From Polyangiaceae bacterium (lineage in GTDB: Bacteria; Myxococcota_A; Polyangia; Polyangiales; Polyangiaceae), in NCBI GenBank assembly GCA_035485095.1, contig DATHOI010000386.1:1-51848 (forward strand): 51,848 nt of DNA, written 5' to 3'. Below are positions 36,739 to 45,682 of the stretch, piece after piece. Every line of letters starts with the position of its first letter. The stretch's first letter is position 1. The notes under the pieces were generated by a model, which saw nothing but the letters and a program-made list of their open reading frames with translations, had not been told where the DNA came from and did not search any database. A program made the position numbers and the translations under genes.

Positions 36739-37554
36739 ATGAAGAAGTACGACGAGATTCGGCGCATCCTAGTGGACGAGCTCGGTTTTACGGATCTCGA
36801 CGCTTATCGCCGCTGGGTCGAGCGGGACCGCGCGAAATTGCTCGTCGATCCGCAGCTGATCGAGCGCCTCTCGCCCGATCACGTGGACTGTCGGGATTTC
36901 TGGCGTGTGTGTGACGAGCTGTTCGCGCTCGACCCCGTGTGCAACATCGCGGTCAGTCCCGCTCAGGGGCGTCTACCTCACGCCGTCGAGTCACGGCTCG
37001 ACGCAAACCGCATGAATCTGCGCTTCGCGAAGAGCTTCGGAATCACGGCACTGTTGGAAGAGAACGCGCAGCAGCGGCTCAAAGTGTTCGAAATTGGCGC
37101 AGGCTACGGTTCGATCATGAACTTCGTGGAGACGCACACCAACCACGAATACACGGGGCTCGACGTCGTACCACGCGTGCCTGGCGTGGTCGGCGCAACT
37201 GCCGAAGGCTTGATTCCGGATGAGCTACTGAAGCAAGGCGCCGGCACGTACAGCTACGTCGTGTCTTCGAATGTCTTTCAACACCTGTCGAGTAAGCAGC
37301 GAGCGCGCTACTACGACGACGCGCGCACACTGCTCAAGCGCGGGGGCTTGTTCATCTTCAATCTGTGCGTCGATACCGGCAAACACCCGTATTTGCGCGA
37401 CGCGGCTGGAAACGCCTGGTGCGATCATTACGGCCAATTCACGGCCGTGCCCAAAGCCGATATCTATACGACGTTGAACACGCTTTTCGGCGTGCTGTAC
37501 GTGACTCAGCGCTACGACGGCGTGTTCAACTTCGTGTGCCAGAAACGCGACTGA
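36739..37554 (+). CDS. Class I SAM-dependent methyltransferase
   Basis: VFEIGAGYG, YTGLDV, VFQHL and LKRGGLFIF. Confidence 0.8.
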   Translation: MKKYDEIRRILVDELGFTDLDAYRRWVERDRAKLLVDPQLIERLSPDHVDCRDFWRVCDELFALDPVCNIAVSPAQGRLPHAVESRLDANRMNLRFAKSFGITALLEENAQQRLKVFEIGAGYGSIMNFVETHTNHEYTGLDVVPRVPGVVGATAEGLIPDELLKQGAGTYSYVVSSNVFQHLSSKQRARYYDDARTLLKRGGLFIFNLCVDTGKHPYLRDAAGNAWCDHYGQFTAVPKADIYTTLNTLFGVLYVTQRYDGVFNFVCQKRD

Positions 37555-38678
37555 GCAGCCGGAGCGCGAGCGAGTAACGCCAAGATGCCGGCGGGCAATA
37601 CGTCGAGCAAGTACTTGTCCCAAGCTTGGAAGTTGAACGCGCTGAGCACCACGAACAGCACGACGAAGAAACGCCAAGCGCCGCGGCCAGCGAGCGACTC
37701 GCCGACCAGCCCTCCACCCAAGAAGGCGAAGCTGAACAGCACGCAGCTCGCTCCGCGCGGACCGAGCACCAGCGCCGCCCGCTGGAAATAGCCGAGGGTC
37801 GCGATACCGCTGCCGGCGAGCTCCGCCGAGAAATTTTGATGAGCGGGCGCGAGCAGATAGAAAATCGCAAAGCCGACGCCTGCAGTCCAGAAGCGCCACG
37901 TGCGCGGAATGCACGCAGCAACCGGCGCGAGATAGAAGCCGAGCGCGGCAACGTGATAGCTCGCCACGTAAGGGAAGAACCAGCCATACACGGCGTGAAC
38001 GGTGCGCGGGATTTCGGCACGCGGAGTATCTGGAGCGAACCCGTGCCAGAGAACCACCAAAGCAAGCAACGGAGCGAGCGTAAGTAACGCCGCGAGTGCC
38101 GCGCGAAAACGGCGTTCAGTGACCGCCTGCAGCGCCTCGCCAATCGGAAAGATGATGCCGAATTGCCGGGTCAGCGGCACGAGACCGAGATACACCGCGT
38201 GGAGGCCGCGCGACTGCCAGCGGCCGCGCGTCACGACCTGCACGACCAACCAGAAGTAGAGCGCATCCGTGTAGAAGTGAGTCGCGCTCAGGTGAAAATA
38301 GGGATTGAGAGCGAGTAGCGCGATCGCGAGCGTCGCGTACCGGTCGCAGCATTGCTGCGCGAACCGCGCAAACCGCAATAGCGCGCTCGCCATCAAGGAA
38401 CAGTCGATGACGCGCAGCAGCCACAGGCGCGGCGCGATCGCCAGCACACGACCGGCCAAGTACAAACTGAGCGGCGCCTGGGGCGCCGGGTAGTGGCGCA
38501 AAAATTCTAACGACGGAAACAAGCCGGCCCGCGCGAAGGCTTGCGCGGCAGGGAAAAAGACGACTTCGTCGCGGACGGGACCGCGTGGCTGCAGGAGCGC
38601 AATCACCACGAGGTCGAAGACCAGCGCCGCTAGCGGAATCAACCACCAGGGAACAGGCCCGTTTTTCGCTCGCCACAT
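37512..38678 (-). CDS. Polytopic GT-C fold glycosyltransferase-like protein
   Basis: RDE motif after TM1, NPYF..FYTD, TRQF, WDKY and about 10 TM segments. Confidence 0.65.
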   Translation of the reverse strand: MWRAKNGPVPWWLIPLAALVFDLVVIALLQPRGPVRDEVVFFPAAQAFARAGLFPSLEFLRHYPAPQAPLSLYLAGRVLAIAPRLWLLRVIDCSLMASALLRFARFAQQCCDRYATLAIALLALNPYFHLSATHFYTDALYFWLVVQVVTRGRWQSRGLHAVYLGLVPLTRQFGIIFPIGEALQAVTERRFRAALAALLTLAPLLALVVLWHGFAPDTPRAEIPRTVHAVYGWFFPYVASYHVAALGFYLAPVAACIPRTWRFWTAGVGFAIFYLLAPAHQNFSAELAGSGIATLGYFQRAALVLGPRGASCVLFSFAFLGGGLVGESLAGRGAWRFFVVLFVVLSAFNFQAWDKYLLDVLPAGILALLARAPAAQSRFWHTKLNTPS

Positions 38679-38745
38679 CGACGCGCGTTCATTAGCACGC
38701 CTGATCCTGGATACGGAAAAGCGCCGTAGCTAGCCGCCGTCAGCT

Positions 38746-39357
38746 CTAGTTGCAAGGCGCAGAAGAAGCCCACGGTTTGCCGCCACCGCAGCAGTTGTTG
38801 GCATCCGTTGGGTCGTTGTTCTGCGTGTAGTAGGCGGCCGTGTACACCATGCCACCTTTAGAGGCCTTGTCGCCCATCTGATACACTTGAGTGGCGGACC
38901 AGATCGAAACGCTGCAGCTCGTCGCTCCGGAACCAGCGCTGCTGCTCGAGCCTGCTGCACTCGCGCCCGCCATACCCGCGCCCGCGGCACCGCTGTTGCC
39001 GCCCGCGCCCGCTGCGCTACTGCTACCGCCCAGGTTCGAGGAGCCGCTGCCTGCCGCCGATGCGCCAGCGAAGGAAGCGCCACCGCCCGTACCCGCCACG
39101 CTGCTCGTGCCGCCAAAGGCGTTGTTGGTGCTCCCGGCACCAGCCACGACGCTGCTGCTGCCAGACGTACCGCTGCCGCTCGCGCCGAGCTCGCTACCCG
39201 TGGTGCCGCCAGCACCGGTCAACCCGCCGGCACCCAGTGTGCTGTCACCACCGTCACTGCTCGTGGGCGAGTCTTCGGCCACCGCGCAAGCCTGAAAGGC
39301 GAGTGCGAAAAAACAAAAGGTTCCCCTCACTGATTTCGGAAAAAATTCAGCGCGCAT
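38746..39357 (-). CDS. Gly/Ser-linker lipoprotein with a C-terminal CBM5/12 (chitin-binding type) module
   Basis: Lipobox FQAC and WSATQVYQMGDKASKGGMVYTAAYYTQNNDP...W. Confidence 0.75.
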   Translation of the reverse strand: MRAEFFPKSVRGTFCFFALAFQACAVAEDSPTSSDGGDSTLGAGGLTGAGGTTGSELGASGSGTSGSSSVVAGAGSTNNAFGGTSSVAGTGGGASFAGASAAGSGSSNLGGSSSAAGAGGNSGAAGAGMAGASAAGSSSSAGSGATSCSVSIWSATQVYQMGDKASKGGMVYTAAYYTQNNDPTDANNCCGGGKPWASSAPCN

Positions 39358-39833
39358 GATTCGAAGTCCGAGAGACTCGACCGAGCAACGGCTCGGCGGC
39401 ATAAGCTTCACTACCCGAGATCCGTCGCTCGCTCACGCTTGCGACGCACGAGGCACCAATATGATCACCGCTTTGACTCGAAATCACCAAGTCAGCAGCA
39501 GCCGTGAGCACACCGGGCCTGAGCGCACTGGCAGGCGTGCAAGCAACAGCACTATAATAACTCCCAAGGGTTATACATGGGATTCTCCGGCACTGCGGTT
39601 GGCCGCTCCAACTCGTGAGGCGAGACCAGCGCAGCAACCGGGGCGTGACGGAATTGCCTCAGCCATATTGGCGCGGCTGTGTCGTTTCCGCTCTCGACAC
39701 CCAGAAGGGTGACTGGCGGATATCGCCAGCCCATTGGGCCATCTTCGTTACGAAACGGCGACCTGCACGTATCTGGATGCGTGAACCGTGAGAGGAAATT
39801 TGAAACGTTGGAGCGCGAGCGAGTGATGCAGTC

Positions 39834-40484
39834 TTGCGCCTGCCCATATCAGCGTGTTGTTCTGGCCAGCAGGTCGAACTCCGCCCCTTTCCCTTCGACG
39901 AGGTAGTCCTGTCCGCAGCGCACTTCAACATCGAGCGGCTCGCGCTCTTGGAAGAACGGTCGGTAGATAGCGCGCTGGCCTGGCTCGCGTCGACCGGAAA
40001 GGTCGGTTCGAGCGCGACTGGCTCACTGCCGCGGCGGGCGCTCTTTTCCTGCATGGTCGAGCGCGCGCTGCCGATTCCGCTGGATTTATTGGGCGTCAGC
40101 GCCTTGCTGCTGATCGACGACGAACCGGCCGTCCTGCGTTCGATGGCGCGCGTGTTGCGCCAAGCCGCGCCGGCCTTAGAGCTGTCCTTCGCCGAAGGCG
40201 CCAAGGATGCGCTACGGCAGGTCGCCGCACTCAAATCCGGCGCCGTGCTCGTCGACGCCTACATGCCCGAAACGGGCGGGGTCGAGGTGTGCTCGCGCAT
40301 TCGCGCGACGCGGGCCACCGCGCACGTCCCAGTTCTGGCAATGACGGCTGACCCGACCCCCGAGCTTGCCGCCGCGTTCACGCGAGCCGGTGCCGTTGCA
40401 TTTCTGGAAAAGCCGGTCGACGCGCCGGCACTGTTCGAAGCGCTATCCACTCACCTAATGCCGAACTCGGCCGGAGATTGGTAA
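39834..40484 (+). CDS. Response regulator receiver protein with a degenerate N-terminal HTH-like region (start uncertain)
   Basis: LLIDDE, VDAYMP, MTA and FLEKP. The stop TAA overlaps the next ATG. Confidence 0.75.
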   Translation: MRLPISACCSGQQVELRPFPFDEVVLSAAHFNIERLALLEERSVDSALAWLASTGKVGSSATGSLPRRALFSCMVERALPIPLDLLGVSALLLIDDEPAVLRSMARVLRQAAPALELSFAEGAKDALRQVAALKSGAVLVDAYMPETGGVEVCSRIRATRATAHVPVLAMTADPTPELAAAFTRAGAVAFLEKPVDAPALFEALSTHLMPNSAGDW

Positions 40485-42025
40485 TGATGAAGGATCAGAT
40501 TGCCACTTTTATTCGGGAGGAGAGTCCGTCGGGCGTCGTCAAGGCGGCCGATCGCACAGAAGTGCCCGAGTCGCGCCAGCGGCCGCGCGAAGACTTCAAT
40601 CGGCCACGCCGGTTGCGCGCGCGCCGGGTACGCGCTGAAGAGCTGCAGCTCGAAGGCCTCGAGGCCAGCGCGCGACACACGACGCTCGGTGACATTCGCG
40701 CGACCGTCGAAGACCTGTCTCTGACTGGCGCGGCGCTCTTCATCGCAGGCGGTGCAGCCAAGTCCAGCCTAGTCTTGAACGGCGACCGCTTGGAGCACAT
40801 GCAGATGGTGTGTCGCGGCGCGCTGCTGTACGAGGGCGACGCGCACGTGCGCCGCGTGACCGAGCGCGGCAACGATTTGATCATCGGTGTCGAAGTGCAG
40901 GAACGCACGATCGACCTATCCGAGCTGTACCGTTTGGGCACGAAGCACAGCTTCTCCGAACGCCTGTATGGCATGTTCGAGCCGCAAGAAGACGACGTTT
41001 CCGACGCCTTCAAGGTTTGGGTGAATGACCTGCGCGGTTCGCTCGAACGCATGAAAACCTTCCTCGACGCCGAGGAGGCAGCGCTCGACAACCTGGATTT
41101 ATTCACGCGCCAGCAGACGCTCAAGACCTATTTGGAGGCCGCCGCGCCGCGCTTGATCGACAAGCTGAACGGTTCGTCGCGCGAGCTGTACGCGCTGGTC
41201 TCGAACCTAGCCGAGGAACAACACTCTATTTACCGCAGCTACTACAAGAAGCAGATAGCTCCGTTGATCGTGCACTCGCCGCTCCTGCGCCGCGCGTACA
41301 CGAAGCCCTTGGGCTACGCCGGAGATTACGAGATGATGAACATGCTGTACCGCGAGCACGCGGAGGGAGAATCCCTGTTTGGGAAGGCGCTGAACCTGTA
41401 CGCGGCGCAGGAGGGCGCGGCGCAGGCCAACATCAACCGCCTCGAGTACCTGTCGACAAAAATTCGCGCGGCGATCGAAGTGCGCGGGCGCGTGCGCCTG
41501 GCAAGCATCGGCTGCGGACCTGCGCGCGAGTTGTTCGTCTTGCTCGAAAAAAGCCCCGAGCTCGGCCAATACATCGACGTCGCATTGATCGATCAGGAGG
41601 AGCGCGTGCTCACTTACTGCGAGCGCACGCTCTCACCCATTGCGATCCGAACCGGCGCTAAGGTGCACTTCATCAAGGAGTCCGTACGGCGGCTCTTGAC
41701 GGCCAAGAAATTGAAGGATGCCCTCGGCGAGCGCGATTTCATCTACAGCGCGGGGCTCTTCGATTATCTCAATGCGCGCAGCTTTTCGGCACTTTTGTCG
41801 GTTCTGTACGAGGCGCTGGCCCCGAGCGGGCATTTGGCGATCGGCAACGTTGCGAGTAACAATCCGAGCCGGTATTTCATGGAGTACTGCTTGGATTGGT
41901 TCTTGATCCACCGGAGCCGCGAGGACCTGCTCTCCTTCGCACACGCGCTCGAGCCGGTTCCCGCTCGCACTCAGGTCGATGCCGAACCGAGCGGAGTCAA
42001 TTTGTTCCTTCACATCTGGAAGTAA
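40484..42025 (+). CDS. PhcB-like SAM-dependent methyltransferase with an N-terminal PilZ-like domain (putative signal synthase)
   Basis: RAYTKPLGYAGDYEMMNM, SIGCGPARE, DFIYSAGLFDYL and MEY.LDWFLIHRS; N-terminal RxxxR...DLSLTG. Confidence 0.8.
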   Translation: MMKDQIATFIREESPSGVVKAADRTEVPESRQRPREDFNRPRRLRARRVRAEELQLEGLEASARHTTLGDIRATVEDLSLTGAALFIAGGAAKSSLVLNGDRLEHMQMVCRGALLYEGDAHVRRVTERGNDLIIGVEVQERTIDLSELYRLGTKHSFSERLYGMFEPQEDDVSDAFKVWVNDLRGSLERMKTFLDAEEAALDNLDLFTRQQTLKTYLEAAAPRLIDKLNGSSRELYALVSNLAEEQHSIYRSYYKKQIAPLIVHSPLLRRAYTKPLGYAGDYEMMNMLYREHAEGESLFGKALNLYAAQEGAAQANINRLEYLSTKIRAAIEVRGRVRLASIGCGPARELFVLLEKSPELGQYIDVALIDQEERVLTYCERTLSPIAIRTGAKVHFIKESVRRLLTAKKLKDALGERDFIYSAGLFDYLNARSFSALLSVLYEALAPSGHLAIGNVASNNPSRYFMEYCLDWFLIHRSREDLLSFAHALEPVPARTQVDAEPSGVNLFLHIWK

Positions 42026-44551
42026 ATGGGGCAAGCGCCCGCGCGGCATCCAAGCTTCGAAGAGTCGCTTTCGGCGATCAACCTCGCGGGGGCGCGATTG
42101 GGCTACGTGCTCTCGGCTCTGCTCATGCCAGCGGGCGTGATGCTCGATATCGCCGTCGTGCCAGAGCACGCGAAGTCTTTCCTGGTGATCCGCCTGGCGG
42201 CAGGCGCGCTGGCCATTGCGTGCCTCGCGCTCACCTACGTGCGGGGGGCGGCGGCGCACCCAGTGCTGCTGGGTGCCGGACCGCCGCTGATCTGCGCGAG
42301 CGCGATCGAGCTATTGATCGTCCGTTTGAGCGGCGCGGTCTCGCCCTACTACGCCGGCCTCAATCTATGCATTTTGGCGGTCGCGGTCCTGTACACGTGG
42401 CGTTGGCAGCAAGCGGCGTTGGTGAGCTGCGCGATTCTCGGGCTGTGGCTCGTGCCCGCGCTGCCCGACGTGCTGGCACGGCGGCTCGAGTTCGCTCCCT
42501 TCTTCAGCAACTTGTACTTTCTATCGTTGACCAGTGTTATCGCAGTGGCGTCTGCGGTCATTCGCTATCGCTCGGCCGAGCGCGAATATGCGGCGCGCCG
42601 CGGGCTTGCCGAAACCAGCGCCGAGCTTTCGGCGACGCTCGAGCGGGTCCAAGAGCTGGACCGGCTGAAGAACGAGTTCTTCGCGAATGTTTCCCATGAG
42701 CTACGCACACCGCTCACGCTCATCCTCACCCCGATCGAGGACTTGCTAACCCGTCAATTTGCGGAAGGGACGCGCGACGCGCTGCTCGTCATTCGGCGCA
42801 ATGCTTATCGGCTACTTCGCCTGATCGACGACCTGCTCGATCTCGCGCGCCTCGACGGCGGCGGTTTGCGCTTGCACGTGGCCGAGTTGGACTTGGTCGA
42901 GATCGCTCAGCGCGTGGCAGATGCGGCGCGGCCCGCGGCTGAAGTACGAGGCATCAGCCTGCTCGTCGAGGCACAGGAGCCCGAGCTGCCGGCCTTCGGG
43001 GATCCGCATCGGCTCGAGATCGTGCTGACGAACCTGGTCGGCAATGCGCTGAAGTTTTCGCCTGACCGTGCGCGTATTTCGGTGCGCGTTTGGAGCGATG
43101 GCGCGCACGTCGGAATCGACGTCTCCGACGACGGACCCGGCATCGCCGAGAGCGAGCTCGGGCGCATTTTCGATCGCTTTTATCAAGTCGAAGGCTCCGA
43201 GCGGCGGCGTCAAGGCGGCGCCGGCATCGGCCTGGCCTTGGCCAAGAAACTCGTCGAGCTGCATGGTGGAGACCTGAGCGTGAAGAGTCAGCTCGGGGTC
43301 GGCTCGACGTTCCGCGTCAGCTTGCCGCGCGGACGCGAGCATTTCCCAGACGCCGTCTTGGAGCGACGCCGCGTCAAGGTCGAGGACCACCCCGGACGCC
43401 GCTCGAATGATCGTCCGCTCGAGCTACCGAGCGAAGGGTTCGTCGCGCCGCCACCGCCCGAGCTGGAGAGCGAGCCGCTGCGCATGGACCGCGGGCGAAG
43501 ACCGCGCATCTTGCTGGCCGAAGACGAACGAGATCTGCGCGAGTACATCGAAACCATCCTCAAGCCGCACTTCGACGTCACGAGCGTCAGTGACGGTGCA
43601 GCTGCGCTCACGCGATTGAAAGCCGGCCGCGTGGATCTCGTGCTGACCGACTTGATGATGCCCGGTACGAGCGGGACGGACCTATGTCGCAAGCTCAAGT
43701 TGGACCCGAGCCTGCGCAGCTTGCCGGTGATCGTGCTGACCGCGTTGTCGAGCACCGACAACGTGCTCGACGCCTACTCCGCTGGCGCCGACGACTTCGT
43801 TACCAAACCGTTTCATAGTCGGGTGCTGGTTGCGCGCATCAACGCGCAGCTCAAGCTACGCGCCTTGGGGTTCCAAATCGCCGATCAGGCTCGGCTCGCC
43901 ACGGCTGGCATGTTGGCCGGAGGGGTCGCGCACGAGGTCAAAAATCCGCTCAATGCCATCGCCAATGCGGCCCGCCTGCTCCCCAACGCGAAGACGCGCC
44001 CGGAGCTGGAGGGTAAGTTGCTCGGCATCATCGTAGAAGGCGCCCGCCGCATCGAAGACATCGTGAACTCGCTGGAAGACCACGTTCACCCAGCAGAAGG
44101 CGCGCAAGCCTTGCCCTGTGACGTGAAATCCGGGTTAGAGTCGTCGCTCCGCCTGTTGGAGCACAAGATGAACGGCGTCGCGGTCCACGCTCAGTACGGG
44201 AACACTCGCCCGGTGCTGGCGCTCGCGCGCGAGCTCAATCACGTGTTCCTGAATTTGCTCGACAACGCGGTGCGCGCGGGCTCCTCGAACATTTGGATTC
44301 AGCTCGAGGATGCCGACAGCCACGTTCGGCTCAGCATCGCCGATGACGGCCCCGGTATCACGCCGGAGGCGGCTGAGCTCATTTTCGAGCCCTTCTACAC
44401 GACGCGCGCGATTGGCCAGGGCATGGGGCTTGGTTTGTACCTGTCGCGGCGCATCGTCGAGGGTTGTGGCGGCCGGCTTCAATACCGACCACGCGACGTG
44501 GGTGGCGCAGAATTTTTGGTCGAGCTGCCGAGCGGTGAGGCTCGAGCATGA
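42026..44551 (+). CDS. Membrane-bound hybrid histidine kinase TM-HisKA-HATPase-REC-HisKA-HATPase (PhcS position)
   Basis: About 5-6 TM segments; SHELRTPL, NLVGNALKF, GAGIGL; REC with EDE/DLMMP/KPF; second kinase AHEVKNPL, NLLDNA, GMGLGL. Confidence 0.92.
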   Translation: MGQAPARHPSFEESLSAINLAGARLGYVLSALLMPAGVMLDIAVVPEHAKSFLVIRLAAGALAIACLALTYVRGAAAHPVLLGAGPPLICASAIELLIVRLSGAVSPYYAGLNLCILAVAVLYTWRWQQAALVSCAILGLWLVPALPDVLARRLEFAPFFSNLYFLSLTSVIAVASAVIRYRSAEREYAARRGLAETSAELSATLERVQELDRLKNEFFANVSHELRTPLTLILTPIEDLLTRQFAEGTRDALLVIRRNAYRLLRLIDDLLDLARLDGGGLRLHVAELDLVEIAQRVADAARPAAEVRGISLLVEAQEPELPAFGDPHRLEIVLTNLVGNALKFSPDRARISVRVWSDGAHVGIDVSDDGPGIAESELGRIFDRFYQVEGSERRRQGGAGIGLALAKKLVELHGGDLSVKSQLGVGSTFRVSLPRGREHFPDAVLERRRVKVEDHPGRRSNDRPLELPSEGFVAPPPPELESEPLRMDRGRRPRILLAEDERDLREYIETILKPHFDVTSVSDGAAALTRLKAGRVDLVLTDLMMPGTSGTDLCRKLKLDPSLRSLPVIVLTALSSTDNVLDAYSAGADDFVTKPFHSRVLVARINAQLKLRALGFQIADQARLATAGMLAGGVAHEVKNPLNAIANAARLLPNAKTRPELEGKLLGIIVEGARRIEDIVNSLEDHVHPAEGAQALPCDVKSGLESSLRLLEHKMNGVAVHAQYGNTRPVLALARELNHVFLNLLDNAVRAGSSNIWIQLEDADSHVRLSIADDGPGITPEAAELIFEPFYTTRAIGQGMGLGLYLSRRIVEGCGGRLQYRPRDVGGAEFLVELPSGEARA

Positions 44552-45666
44552 GCGCCAAGGTTCTCTTCGTCGACGACGACGAGAGCAATTTGATCGTGTG
44601 CCGCGAAGCGTGCGGGGACGAGTTCTCGGTGCTCACCGCGGACGGCGCCGAAGCCGCGCTCGAAATCCTGGGCAACCACGAAGTCGGCGCCATCATCGCG
44701 GACCAACGCATGCCGGGCACCACCGGCGTAGCGCTGCTGGAGCGCGTGCACGCAGAATACCCCGACACGGTTCGGTTGTTGATCACCGCGTACAGTGACA
44801 TTCGCGCTGCTATCGACGCCATCAATTGTGGTCACGTGCGGCGCTACCTGAAAAAACCCTGGCTGCCTGAAGAATTGCGCAACGAGGTACGCGACGCGCT
44901 TCAGAGCTATCGTTTGAAGCGCGAGCGGGACGCGCTCGATATCCGGCTGCGCGAAACAGAGCGTGTTTACGCGCTGGGCGTCGTCGCGGCCAGCATCGGC
45001 CACGAGCTAAAGACGCCGATCGGTTGGATCACCAACAATCTGTCGTACATGCAGCGCGAGCTGCGTCACTTGCAAAAGCCGATCGAGCGCGAGCGCCTCG
45101 GCACCTTGCTCGAGGAAGTGGACGCGAGCCTCGCCGACACGCGGGCCGGCGTGGAGCGGTTACTGGAGATCGTGCACGGCATCGAGGCGGCCAGCCATTT
45201 CCGCGTGACCGACACCGAGGTCGTGGACCTTTCCGAAGTATTGCGGCTGAGCCTGCGCGTCGTGTCGAGCGAGCTGCGGCGCGGGGCGTCGCTCGAGGTC
45301 AACGTCGTGGGCTGCCCAAAGGTTCGAGGCTCGAGCACCAAGCTCGGGCAAGTCATGCTCAACTTGTTGGTCAACGCCATCCAAGTCCTGTCGACCCGCC
45401 CGCGTGAAGACAACGCGATCAGCGTGCGCCTGAGCGTGGACGAATCCAACGCGCTCTTTCAAGTGGCGGACAACGGCCCCGGTATCCCGTCCGACGTAGA
45501 AGAAAAGATCTTCGATCCATTCTTCACGACCAAGGATTTTGGCTCCGGCTTGGGTCTCGCTATCTCACGCCGTATCGCCGACGAGTCGGGCGGGCAACTC
45601 GCAGTAACGCGCGACCCAAAGCTCGGCGGCGCCTGCTTCACGCTCATACTGCCGCTCGTTTCTTGA
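44548..45666 (+). CDS. REC-HisKA-HATPase hybrid protein (PhcR-like architecture)
   Basis: VLFVDDD, ADQRMPG, ITAYSD, KKPW; GHELKTP, NLLVNA, DPFFTTK, GSGLGL; ATGA overlap with the preceding gene. Confidence 0.92.
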   Translation: MSAKVLFVDDDESNLIVCREACGDEFSVLTADGAEAALEILGNHEVGAIIADQRMPGTTGVALLERVHAEYPDTVRLLITAYSDIRAAIDAINCGHVRRYLKKPWLPEELRNEVRDALQSYRLKRERDALDIRLRETERVYALGVVAASIGHELKTPIGWITNNLSYMQRELRHLQKPIERERLGTLLEEVDASLADTRAGVERLLEIVHGIEAASHFRVTDTEVVDLSEVLRLSLRVVSSELRRGASLEVNVVGCPKVRGSSTKLGQVMLNLLVNAIQVLSTRPREDNAISVRLSVDESNALFQVADNGPGIPSDVEEKIFDPFFTTKDFGSGLGLAISRRIADESGGQLAVTRDPKLGGACFTLILPLVS

Positions 45667-45682
45667 ACGGCGAACGGCGCCC

